A DNA stretch of 64,000 nt from the IMG/VR virus record IMGVR_UViG_3300032327_000792, one strand, 5' to 3'. The notes beneath the pieces were generated by a model. That model searched no databases, was not told the DNA's origin, and worked only from the letters and a program-made list of their open reading frames with translations. Of this stretch, positions 54,603 through 63,136 are shown one piece after another (the first letter of the stretch is position 1; every line of letters begins with the position of its first letter). Source of the stretch: a virus. Taxonomy: Duplodnaviria; Caudoviricetes. Made by a program: the position numbers and the translations under genes.

Positions 54603-55297
54603 AGATCAACTTGAATTATTCGATCACTATTATTTTCTAACAAAAATTTTTGTGTTTTTTCAGTCACGGTACCCGAAATTTGCAACATGGGTCTTGGCCA
54701 CCACCCCATGTTGCAGGTACTATGAGGTATGTCTCGATATTCCCAAGTGATACAATCCCCAGCTTTCCACTGAGTCCAGTTGGCATTGCCTAGTTGAAAA
54801 ATCTGTCCCCATCTCCAGTCCTCGAGCATGACAGCAAATCTACGACCTGGGTTGCCATCTCGTTCAAATCCGTCAAGATAGTCCATGTGGGTGACCAACA
54901 AATGACCAGTCTGTTGTAAATTAAAACGAATGTCGTTGTTTTCCATACCGATAATTGCGGACATTTTTTTAAACAATGGTTCATCATCTCCAAATGCTCG
55001 ATCAAACATAATTTGGTCAGGATCAAATCCAGCTTGTTTGTGATCCAGTTGTTCAGCTAGTGCGTTTTTTAACGGATCGTTGGCTGGGTATTGTTTTCGA
55101 ACACCAGTTGCCCACGTAATAGATTCTACTTGTTTTTTGTATTTTTCAATTATAGGGGCAAAGTCAGCAATAAATCTTCCAACAGGACTATAGCTATCAA
55201 TCCCCAGTTCAGGAGGACGAAACGGATCAAAGTGCCAGTTACTTCGGTCACGGGTGAATTGCCACCGCGACCCTTTGTATTCATTGTTTTTTTGCAT
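54599..55297 (-). CDS. 2OG-Fe(II) oxygenase-like protein
   Basis: 'QQTGHLLVTHMD'...'WKAGDCITW...IPHST...PRPML'; start could be 55297 or 55336. Confidence 0.7.
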   Translation of the reverse strand: MQKNNEYKGSRWQFTRDRSNWHFDPFRPPELGIDSYSPVGRFIADFAPIIEKYKKQVESITWATGVRKQYPANDPLKNALAEQLDHKQAGFDPDQIMFDRAFGDDEPLFKKMSAIIGMENNDIRFNLQQTGHLLVTHMDYLDGFERDGNPGRRFAVMLEDWRWGQIFQLGNANWTQWKAGDCITWEYRDIPHSTCNMGWWPRPMLQISGTVTEKTQKFLLENNSDRIIQVDL

Positions 55298-56828
55298 GAT
55301 TGAGTTTGTTTGATTTATATTGGTTGATAAATTCAAGAGTAGTTTTTAACAACATGGATTTTGGTACATTGGGTATCACATTGTGATATCCCCAGGTACG
55401 CATTTCGTCAACTGTTAGTCCAGTGTAAGAATGTTCAAATATAGCCCACGGACTCCACTTTCTAGTAACACTTTTTTCATTCAATGACATTGCTTGTTTA
55501 CTGGCATCAAAGTAATTTTTACCAGTGCTAGAATTTTTCCAAAGTATAAGTTTTTTTCTTACAGTGTCTCTTGCAAATGATGCCTGTTGAATAGTTGAAT
55601 CTCCCAATTCTTGTTTTTCTTTTTCGGCCAGTTCGCTAATTTCACGATCTGATAGCTCAACATATCCATACATAAGAGCATTTCTACTGAACTCGCTGTT
55701 GTGAATAGTAAATTTAGGATTAGGCAAATACAAAGGTTGCCACGACCAATGGTCTATGCCGCTTTCTTTTTCATACCATTCGTTGGCGTCCCAACACTCT
55801 TCGTCGCGTTGATACGGCAAGCCAACAATGTTGGAACAAGTTATATGAGTACGTGGCAAATCTTCACGGCATCGAATAATGCCTTCTTTGATACGATTTG
55901 GATCCATGCCCTTGCCTATTGCTCGGCCTGCTTGTTGATTAAAAGTTTCTATGCCAAAGTGAACACCCCGCATACCCATTTCCCCCATGAGTTTGGCCAT
56001 GGTGGGGTTTGAGATCATTAACTCCATTTTAGCGTAGCACATAAACTCAATGTTGAATGGCAATTTTTCCAATGCAGAATGAAGACTCTCAATCTTGATA
56101 AGACTATCGTTGAACGTGTCTTCGCTGATAAAATATTTGTTTACTCCCCATGTTTCGTAGTTGAATTTTATTTCATCTACCAAACTCTGAATGTCGCGTA
56201 GATAGTCTAGTTTTTTCTTGCCTATCAATGGATAGGTACAAAATTTACATTTGAACAAACATCCTCTTGCAGTTTCTAACGCTACTGCTTCATTTGGCTG
56301 TATGTAATCACTGTCGAGATAAGAAATAGTAAGATCACTGGTATCAATCTCTTTGTAATCTTCATTGCAAGAAATAAAATTTTTGTCAGTTCTAAACGTA
56401 CTCCATCGAACACCTTCTCTGGGTATTTGTTTTTTGAGATAGCGTATAAAATCCAAAATTGCCTGCTCGGCGTAACCTTCAATGTAGTAGTCAATATTCT
56501 GTGAGGTGCGACTCAACAAATTATTTCCGCCAATTACCACAGGCTTGTCAGGATAAAGTTCTTTCCATTTAGAGGTCAACGGATCCACAGCCGAGTCATT
56601 GGTGATAAGGTTGGCTGCTATGCCCAAAAACAGTGTTTCGGGCCCAACAAACATATCCATGGCCTGACACCACTCATCCATAGTCCAGTGAGTAACAAAG
56701 TCAATGACCTCTACGGTGTATCCATGTTGTCTAAGATGAGTGGCAATTCTATGGGCACCACTGGCACGAGAAATACCACTACCGCCATCTATAAAATTGT
56801 TGTCGCCAATGATCAGTATGTCGGCCAT
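55281..56828 (-). CDS. Radical SAM enzyme with an N-terminal cobalamin-binding-like domain (class B methyltransferase-like)
   Basis: N-terminal 'GAHRIATHLRQHGYTVEVID...PVVIGG', 'ETARGCLFKCKFC', 'SEDTFN', 'FGIETFN', 'IVGLP'. Confidence 0.85.
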   Translation of the reverse strand: MADILIIGDNNFIDGGSGISRASGAHRIATHLRQHGYTVEVIDFVTHWTMDEWCQAMDMFVGPETLFLGIAANLITNDSAVDPLTSKWKELYPDKPVVIGGNNLLSRTSQNIDYYIEGYAEQAILDFIRYLKKQIPREGVRWSTFRTDKNFISCNEDYKEIDTSDLTISYLDSDYIQPNEAVALETARGCLFKCKFCTYPLIGKKKLDYLRDIQSLVDEIKFNYETWGVNKYFISEDTFNDSLIKIESLHSALEKLPFNIEFMCYAKMELMISNPTMAKLMGEMGMRGVHFGIETFNQQAGRAIGKGMDPNRIKEGIIRCREDLPRTHITCSNIVGLPYQRDEECWDANEWYEKESGIDHWSWQPLYLPNPKFTIHNSEFSRNALMYGYVELSDREISELAEKEKQELGDSTIQQASFARDTVRKKLILWKNSSTGKNYFDASKQAMSLNEKSVTRKWSPWAIFEHSYTGLTVDEMRTWGYHNVIPNVPKSMLLKTTLEFINQYKSNKLNHAKKQ

Positions 56829-56830
56829 TT

Positions 56831-57703
56831 TTATTGTCCGTAAATGTTTCGGAAAATTTCTCTACGCTGTAGGTACTCTTTCCAAAGATCCTTTCTAGTT
56901 CCTGTGTTGGTTTGAAAATAACCAGAATCAAGTTGAGTTTTCAACGGTGCGCCAGATTTAAGCATGGCCGAGAAATCTTTGTGTAACTGATCTGCTGATC
57001 CATTTTTTATCACAGCGGTGTACATAAACTGGAAATCCACAAATTTTCCTTTTGGAATCATTGTTTTAATACCAGGAAAATGTCGATCACTGTCCCCCAT
57101 TTTAGCCAAGCAACTCATACGACCTTCTTGTACCATTGGTACAACTCGAGACTCCGCCGTGGCAATCCAATCAATTTCTCCACTCAACAGTCCAGTGGTC
57201 ACTTTTCCTCCGGTGGTGTATGGCACTGGCTGAAGATTACTGCCAATGTTTTTGTTGATATCTTTGACTACTTCAGTCCAAAAATCATGTGGAAATGGGA
57301 ATCCAAAGGTTTTGCCATTTTTAAAACTGCCAAGATCAGCATTGGCATTTCCTCGGGTGCAAATAACCTGCGCCTGACTGGTCAAAAACACCAAATTTGT
57401 TTGTGTAATCGGAACACCGCAGTTGTGCTTGTCAAGTTCATTGCTGAGCCAGTGGTCGCCGTAAAACACAAACAAAAGATTTTCTCCTTTGAATTTATGG
57501 TAGATTTCCACAGCTTTGGTACAGTTACCCGCATTAATAACTTCAACTGTGTCGTATTTGGTCTTGAGTTCAGTGACCACAGTGTTGATAAATTCGTGTG
57601 CAATGCTCCCGGGACTTTCGCCCTGAAGCACGGTGATTTTTGTTCCGGCCCAGACAGCACTGGCCATAAAAAACGAAAGCATAATAGTAAAAATTTTAAA
57701 CAC
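56831..57703 (-). CDS. Bug/TctC-like periplasmic solute-binding protein
   Basis: Signal peptide ending AVWA; 'VPYTTGGKVTTGLLSGEID' resembles the Bug/TctC motif VPYKGGAPAxxDLLGGxVD. Confidence 0.7.
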   Translation of the reverse strand: MFKIFTIMLSFFMASAVWAGTKITVLQGESPGSIAHEFINTVVTELKTKYDTVEVINAGNCTKAVEIYHKFKGENLLFVFYGDHWLSNELDKHNCGVPITQTNLVFLTSQAQVICTRGNANADLGSFKNGKTFGFPFPHDFWTEVVKDINKNIGSNLQPVPYTTGGKVTTGLLSGEIDWIATAESRVVPMVQEGRMSCLAKMGDSDRHFPGIKTMIPKGKFVDFQFMYTAVIKNGSADQLHKDFSAMLKSGAPLKTQLDSGYFQTNTGTRKDLWKEYLQRREIFRNIYGQ

Positions 57704-57786
57704 AGATATTCCTCCAATAAAAATATATATTACACTATTTTTCCATGATAGTCAATCTAAATGGCTTGCAATATCTTGCTACGGAC

Positions 57787-57877
57787 GGCGTTAGGGATTT
57801 CCCATACAAGTGTCGAACTTTTGCGTCGTTTGGATTCCGGCGTCACTGACAAATGGCGCTGCTCACAAATATTTATA
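57787..57877 (-). ncRNA. Candidate structured 5' leader of the TctC-like gene (motif copy C) with an exact TATAAATA box
   Basis: Minus strand: TATAAATA-N6-AGCAGCGCC...TGACGCC...ACT-[GGG-AAAT-CCC]-AACGCC; GC-rich relative to its flanks. Confidence 0.4.
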
Positions 57878-59192
57878 ATAAAAATTTCAGCCTTATCAAA
57901 TTTTCTACTGCATGATTACTGATGGCAAACGCAAATATCAAAATATAAAAATTAGTGCGCCAAAAAATTGTAGCTATGGTTAGGCCAAAGATCAATGTTC
58001 CAACATATTCTGGCAAACTGTATTCATTGATACCAGTCCAAATCACAGCAAACAACAATAAAACACCAATTAGCCACATGGTTTTGTGCCTTAGCCACAG
58101 ATAAAATTTAACCAGCAGTTGACTCAATGAGCCACTGATCACATAACTCAATATGCCCACCGCAGTTAACCCTATCAGCAGATTGACAATCAACTCGGTA
58201 TTAAAATTATAAAGAGAAAACACATGCCCTTTGCTAGAAATAATAGAATACAACAAACTTTCGCTGACTGTGATAGGAACACCAAACAACAACAACGGCA
58301 ACATGCAACTTATGGCTGCTGCATTATTGGCTGTTTCTGCGGCAGTGACACAGCCTACACTGCCATTGGCATCATATGTTTTTTTGCGTTTTTCAATGTA
58401 TTGTTGAAGTTTGTAACTGACATTGCTGGCAATGTCAGTGGTCAGCCCTGGCGTAAGTCCAAATAAAAATCCCACAAAACTGTAAAAAATTGCTGTGGTC
58501 CAATGAGTAAATTTTTCAACTTTGTTTTGCACTTGTTCGACCACAGCAACAGCAATAGTTTGGTGATTGCGTACAAGGTTGGGCATTATGTACAATCCAG
58601 CCAACAATGGTATCAATGGCAAAGATTGATCAATTTTGATAATTTCTAGATCAACGGTAAAATCATACATAGAACGCTGACCAATGGTGCCCAGCAGTAG
58701 TCCAGTTGCAATTTGCAAAATTCTACTGAGCCAACTTTTTTCCGGGCTTATAAAACACACCGCTATCAGCACAACCACAACAATCAAAACTTGAAAACTG
58801 GTGCGATACCAGGATGCAATCCAGTCTACAGCGATGTTAACTGAACTAAAAATTATCAATGCTATTACCGTGGCAATTAAACTGCCAATTGCAGCAGATT
58901 TAATTGCAATAGGTCCTCGTCCTTGCTGAAAAAGACGAAATCCTTCAACCGTGGCAGTGTAGCTACTGGTTTCTCCTAATATGCCAAAATGTGTGGCCAC
59001 AACACTGCCCACAAATTGTGAAGTCAACATCACTGCCATGAACCAACTCAGACACTGTATAACAGTCCAGTCATTCAACAATGGCCAACACAGTATAGTA
59101 AAACTCAATATACCTACACCGGGCAACAGTCCACTTACAATGCCTGTTGCAAATCCAAACAACAAAGGCAATACTATATCAGGACTGATCAT
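57873..59192 (-). CDS. tctA: TctA-like large membrane subunit of a tripartite tricarboxylate transporter
   Basis: Many hydrophobic segments; 'SGLLPGVG', 'GLTPGL', 'AAETANNAAAISCMLPLLLFGVPIT' resemble TctA signature segments. Confidence 0.8.
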   Translation of the reverse strand: MISPDIVLPLLFGFATGIVSGLLPGVGILSFTILCWPLLNDWTVIQCLSWFMAVMLTSQFVGSVVATHFGILGETSSYTATVEGFRLFQQGRGPIAIKSAAIGSLIATVIALIIFSSVNIAVDWIASWYRTSFQVLIVVVVLIAVCFISPEKSWLSRILQIATGLLLGTIGQRSMYDFTVDLEIIKIDQSLPLIPLLAGLYIMPNLVRNHQTIAVAVVEQVQNKVEKFTHWTTAIFYSFVGFLFGLTPGLTTDIASNVSYKLQQYIEKRKKTYDANGSVGCVTAAETANNAAAISCMLPLLLFGVPITVSESLLYSIISSKGHVFSLYNFNTELIVNLLIGLTAVGILSYVISGSLSQLLVKFYLWLRHKTMWLIGVLLLFAVIWTGINEYSLPEYVGTLIFGLTIATIFWRTNFYILIFAFAISNHAVENLIRLKFLL

Positions 59193-60367
59193 AAATCAAA
59201 GCCTTGTGGGAAAAGATCGTCCACTGTGGAAACTTTGTGTTGGTCCAACGACCAAAAATGACTGAATATACCTGTGCTATTTTTAACAATGTTACCAGTG
59301 TTAAAAAACTGAGATTTTTGAGACCACAGTTCACGATCCAGTAATTTTCTGTAATGGTCATAATAAAATCCATTGCTGTGATCTAAAAATCGCTGAGCCA
59401 TTACGTTGAATCCATGATCGCCGTGTTGATCAAACAATTTGCCGTGTTGCCATTGTAGCCAACTGATATTGTTCAAATCAAACTCATTGCCACGTTCAAG
59501 AGCAAGATTCTTGCTGGTCAAATCGTGATTTAGTTGCCATATTTGTTTTTCATCAAGGCCGTGAGTTTTTTGTTGAAATGCTTTTTTCAGCATGTGACAT
59601 TGTTTGACAAATAGGTCAGGCGCAGAAGGAGACAAATGAAACATCTGTAGTCCTGGCACACCGTGCATGCCGGCAATTTGACTGTCAATTATGGTAGCCC
59701 ACCATTCACCATTGCGGTGTAATATGTTGGGCTTGGGCTCTCCTGTGACATTGGCCACTGTGGCATATTTTTGATAAGCATCCAGTAATTGTGGATCAAT
59801 GTCGTGACTGACTGATATGTTTCTGGCAAACATAGCATTGAACTCATGTTTGAACATGTACAAATACCAATCTTGATTCATGTTGCGCTGAAACCAATCG
59901 TTGTGATATTCAATGGTTCTAAACCGAGTACGAGGGAACATCTCTTGCAACTGACCCAACAAAGGAGTTACCAATTGATCAGTTTCAATATTTACAGGAT
60001 TGCCTTGCTGAGTCATTCCTGACCAACGCATGGTTATTACTTCGTCTGGTGCGCACCCAGCATGGTAAAAACTCATTAGAGCAGTGTGACTATCTGCGCC
60101 TCCACTGTACCATAGCCTGACCCAGTCGTGTGAATCTCGTATTTCTCGGGCACGCTGTCTGCATAGTTCTTGATAAGTTTCGGAGGGTTCAATACTCCAG
60201 TTTATGGCATCAAGCGAGCTGTGAAAACAATCATATTTGATCATTCCAACATCGGTGGTAGACAGAATGGCCGACAGCTTGTGATAAAAAATCTGATCGT
60301 GTACTCGCCATATTGGCAATTGGGAGTTACCGATTAGACTTTGCCAATTTTTTGGATCAATTATCAC
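59189..60367 (-). CDS. PP-loop (N-type ATP pyrophosphatase-like) enzyme
   Basis: 'WVRLWYSGGADSHT' contains the SGGxDS P-loop; substrate unknown. Confidence 0.7.
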   Translation of the reverse strand: MIIDPKNWQSLIGNSQLPIWRVHDQIFYHKLSAILSTTDVGMIKYDCFHSSLDAINWSIEPSETYQELCRQRAREIRDSHDWVRLWYSGGADSHTALMSFYHAGCAPDEVITMRWSGMTQQGNPVNIETDQLVTPLLGQLQEMFPRTRFRTIEYHNDWFQRNMNQDWYLYMFKHEFNAMFARNISVSHDIDPQLLDAYQKYATVANVTGEPKPNILHRNGEWWATIIDSQIAGMHGVPGLQMFHLSPSAPDLFVKQCHMLKKAFQQKTHGLDEKQIWQLNHDLTSKNLALERGNEFDLNNISWLQWQHGKLFDQHGDHGFNVMAQRFLDHSNGFYYDHYRKLLDRELWSQKSQFFNTGNIVKNSTGIFSHFWSLDQHKVSTVDDLFPQGFDL

Positions 60368-60585
60368 AGAATTGTCTGGGTTGTCAAATTCAATTGCATG
60401 ATTTCAAAACTGGCATTAAATGCACGAACAACATCACCGGGTACACATAGTTGGTGTCCGTGTATTTCTTTATCGGCCGGAAGCAAGAAACATTGTTGTC
60501 CAAATGCTTGTTTTTCAAAAAATATTGTTTGACGGTGCGTGATGTTGACGTCTGTCCAACATCCTGGTTGTAAGATTATTTCCAT
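60364..60585 (-). CDS. Hypothetical protein (73 aa)
   Basis: Overlaps both neighbours; ATGA-coupled downstream. Confidence 0.55.
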   Translation of the reverse strand: MEIILQPGCWTDVNITHRQTIFFEKQAFGQQCFLLPADKEIHGHQLCVPGDVVRAFNASFEIMQLNLTTQTIL

Positions 60586-61301
60586 ATTTTGTGCGCTAGG
60601 TTTGGGTTGAGTCTTGGATCTACTGAAATCATCAAATTGTATCTGACAGTGTTGCTAAAATTGCAAGCATGGTGCGGAGTTCCCCAGTCCCAAGTAAAGG
60701 CCTGACCTTGTTGCCATGGGTGAAAATTATGATTACCTATGTTGAAATATTGTCCCGGAACATGATCTTCTAAAAAAACCACAATTTTTCTTTCAAACGG
60801 CTCGTCAAACCTGCTGGGTCGTTCCGGGGTGTGACCATAGATATGGTCAATGTGATTCATAGTAATACACCCAGGTCTTTGCACAGCCAATCGCATGCCC
60901 GACAAGTTGGCCTTCAGAGCATGTTGACTGGTCTGGGAAGTAATCACAATGTTCAGTTGATTTTCAATTTTGCTGACCAGCTCCGGGCACTGATCAATAT
61001 CAATATACACAATGTTGAACCATTCTTTGTCAGTGTCAATAATTTTGTCAACAAATCGTTCGGCTATTTCTTGTTTGTCCACAATAACTTCAGGATCTGG
61101 GTGCGGCAAAAGATATAACCCAGTGGTAAATGCAGTGCGTTTGTCCCAGGTTTGCTTGCCTAGTTGTATAATATCTCTGCACAGATCCGCCGACAGGCAA
61201 TGAGCCAATGTGGTATAATCCTGGCCAGAGATTGTTGGATCAAAGTGCCAGTGCCCTCGTTCAAGATGGCCACGCTCTCTTTTGTTTAGGAAAAAAGACA
61301 T
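60576..61301 (-). CDS. 2OG-Fe(II) oxygenase-like protein
   Basis: 'QRPGCITMNHID'...'WQQGQAFTW...TPHHA...VRYNL'. Confidence 0.7.
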   Translation of the reverse strand: MSFFLNKRERGHLERGHWHFDPTISGQDYTTLAHCLSADLCRDIIQLGKQTWDKRTAFTTGLYLLPHPDPEVIVDKQEIAERFVDKIIDTDKEWFNIVYIDIDQCPELVSKIENQLNIVITSQTSQHALKANLSGMRLAVQRPGCITMNHIDHIYGHTPERPSRFDEPFERKIVVFLEDHVPGQYFNIGNHNFHPWQQGQAFTWDWGTPHHACNFSNTVRYNLMISVDPRLNPNLAHKIWK

Positions 61302-61326
61302 TTATAAACTCCAATGATAAGATTAT

Positions 61327-61355
61327 ATTATACTGTGTTGATTACACAGTGTCAA
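61327..61355 (-). promoter_or_regulatory. Consensus sigma70 promoter
   Basis: TTGACA-17 nt-TATAAT upstream of the operon starting at 61301. Confidence 0.78.
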
Positions 61356-61400
61356 CAGATATATTTTGAATTGAGATATAAGATAATTTACAGTGACCCG

Positions 61401-62057
61401 TTACAGTGGAACGCCGGTAATACGTAAGATCCATCGAGAATCAAATCCAAAATTGGCACTGCCATGAGGAACATCTCGCTGATTCCAAGTGTATACATCC
61501 CCAGCTTTCCATTTAATAAATTCTTTGCCCATTTGAAAAGCCTGCCCATATTGCCAATCATCACAAAAAATTAAAATTTTGGTTGATACTGGGTCTTGCT
61601 GTAGATCCGTCAGTGGTATTTTGTAATCTTGAAATTTAGGCCTATCAATGTGAAGCAGTACAAATTGACCCGGATGTTGCAATTGAATGCCCATACTTAC
61701 TGTGCCTGGGCGTAGATTGAATTTTTTATAACTGAGCTCTTCAATTTCTCGGCGAATGTCTGCCGGAATAATCGGCCGATCAATATTACTGTTATCAACT
61801 ACATCTTTGTATTCCGAATCAAAAAATAATTTTTTAATTTCTTCGGAATCTAGCCCAGGACATTCTATAGTATCTACGTACTCTTTACTAAAGAAATTAC
61901 CATCTTCCTTGTCAAGTTCTCCGCGACTATATCTTAGTTTGAGCTCTGTAATCAGTGATTCAAGATCATGTTTTATGTTGGCGATTGGTTTTGTAGCGGC
62001 ATGCCAATCAAAATTAACAACCTGATTTTTAATTTGATAATCATACCAATACTTCAC
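61401..62057 (-). CDS. 2OG-Fe(II) oxygenase-like protein
   Basis: GTG start after AGGAGA; 'QHPGQFVLLHID'...'WKAGDVYTW...VPHGS...SRWIL'. Confidence 0.7.
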   Translation of the reverse strand: MKYWYDYQIKNQVVNFDWHAATKPIANIKHDLESLITELKLRYSRGELDKEDGNFFSKEYVDTIECPGLDSEEIKKLFFDSEYKDVVDNSNIDRPIIPADIRREIEELSYKKFNLRPGTVSMGIQLQHPGQFVLLHIDRPKFQDYKIPLTDLQQDPVSTKILIFCDDWQYGQAFQMGKEFIKWKAGDVYTWNQRDVPHGSANFGFDSRWILRITGVPL

Positions 62058-62087
62058 AAAAATCTCCTCATGACTTTTCTGTAAACA

Positions 62088-62095
62088 TATTTATA
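62088..62095 (-). promoter_or_regulatory. Exact T4 late-promoter consensus TATAAATA
   Basis: 30 nt upstream of the GTG at 62057. Confidence 0.55.
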
Positions 62096-62119
62096 TGTTT
62101 GTATGAAACACTACAACTT

Positions 62120-62722
62120 TTACATTGTAGGTCCGTTACCGTTCCTAAATCCTATTACACCGCCTTCGGCCTCTATCCGTTTGATAACATCTTCGAACAG
62201 GATGGGTGCAAAGTCAGTATGTTCCACGCACACACAATGATAACGAACGTCGTTTTCATCACTGTACAATACTTCACCTGTGTGGGCATCAACACCGCGA
62301 GCTTTTTTAACACGGTTGGCGTGTAAGTGTCCGTGGATGTTTACACCAAACCGTCCCAACGATTCTGCGTGAACAGGAATATGACTGAGAATCATACCGT
62401 TCATGACATGGTAAGCTCTAAGCTCACGGAAGTATTCACGATATTCATCATCACGGAAGATATCGTGGTTACCTCGGATCAACACTTTATCCCCGTTTAA
62501 CCGAGCCAATGTAGGTAATGCCCGTCGGTTAATGACTACATCGCCCAAGTGATAGACTTTGTCTGTGGGCCGGACCCGCTCGTTCCAGGCTGCTATCATG
62601 AACTCATCCATTTCGTCTGGGTCTGTCCATGGGCGCAACTTTGTAACTCCATCGTTGCGTGTGAAGCGGCAGACGCCAGCGTGTCCGAAATGCGTGTCGC
62701 TTACTAAAAATACACTAGGCAT
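62120..62722 (-). CDS. Calcineurin-like metallophosphoesterase
   Basis: 'SDTHFGH', 'HLGDV', 'GNHD', 'SHIP', 'HGHLH'. Confidence 0.92.
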   Translation of the reverse strand: MPSVFLVSDTHFGHAGVCRFTRNDGVTKLRPWTDPDEMDEFMIAAWNERVRPTDKVYHLGDVVINRRALPTLARLNGDKVLIRGNHDIFRDDEYREYFRELRAYHVMNGMILSHIPVHAESLGRFGVNIHGHLHANRVKKARGVDAHTGEVLYSDENDVRYHCVCVEHTDFAPILFEDVIKRIEAEGGVIGFRNGNGPTM

Positions 62723-62750
62723 CTTGCCCTCCTTTCTGATTTAACATTGT

Positions 62751-62779
62751 ATTATACCAGAAAAGCCATTTCTGGTCAA
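62751..62779 (-). promoter_or_regulatory. sigma70-type early promoter (TTGACC class)
   Basis: TTGACC-17 nt-TATAAT; AGGAGG RBS downstream. Confidence 0.75.
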
Positions 62780-62783
62780 CTAC

Positions 62784-62951
62784 TTATCGCCCTCGACCAG
62801 CGGCCTTTTTCATGGGTCTGCCAGCAGCGCCCATAGGTGGTGCTGTTTTTTTGGCTTTGTTGTCTACTGTGGCACCATCTTCGTTCTCGATGTGATGCTT
62901 GCCCTGTTTTTTGGCCAATGCGGCCTTTAATGTGTCAGTGAGTTTGCTCAT
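62784..62951 (-). CDS. 55-aa Lys/Ala-rich basic micro-protein (not in the ORF track)
   Basis: MSKLTDTLKAALAKKQGKHHIENEDGATVDNKAKKTAPPMGAAGRPMKKAAGRGR*; ATGA-coupled. Confidence 0.68.
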   Translation of the reverse strand: MSKLTDTLKAALAKKQGKHHIENEDGATVDNKAKKTAPPMGAAGRPMKKAAGRGR

Positions 62952-63109
62952 GATTGGTTTGTCTTTTCTCTACGTGCTGGACGGATCTGAGCAGCAGCTT
63001 CTGCACTGACCAGGGCCTTCTTCCAGGCTCCGTGTTGATCAGGATTGGTAATGATAGCCAATGCTCGCTTGGCAGTTTTTGATAGTTTGAATGCTGATGA
63101 TGTTTTCAT
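62948..63109 (-). CDS. 53-aa basic micro-protein
   Basis: MKTSSAFKLSKTAKR...; AAGGA RBS. Start moved because the track ORF runs through the tRNA. Confidence 0.68.
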   Translation of the reverse strand: MKTSSAFKLSKTAKRALAIITNPDQHGAWKKALVSAEAAAQIRPARREKTNQS

Positions 63110-63136
63110 TCTGTTTCCTTTGGTTGGATTGAAATC

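Noticed and set aside
57080-57748. 222-aa plus-strand ORF opposite the TctC-like gene
   Set aside because: Antisense shadow: no recognisable motif, lies almost wholly over a gene with a signal peptide and family motif, and is opposite to all neighbours.
57813-57827. GACGCAAAAG (minus strand) resembling part of the c-di-GMP-I riboswitch core
   Set aside because: The flanking GGCAAAC and GNRA/receptor elements are not evident; kept only as part of the unnamed leader motif.
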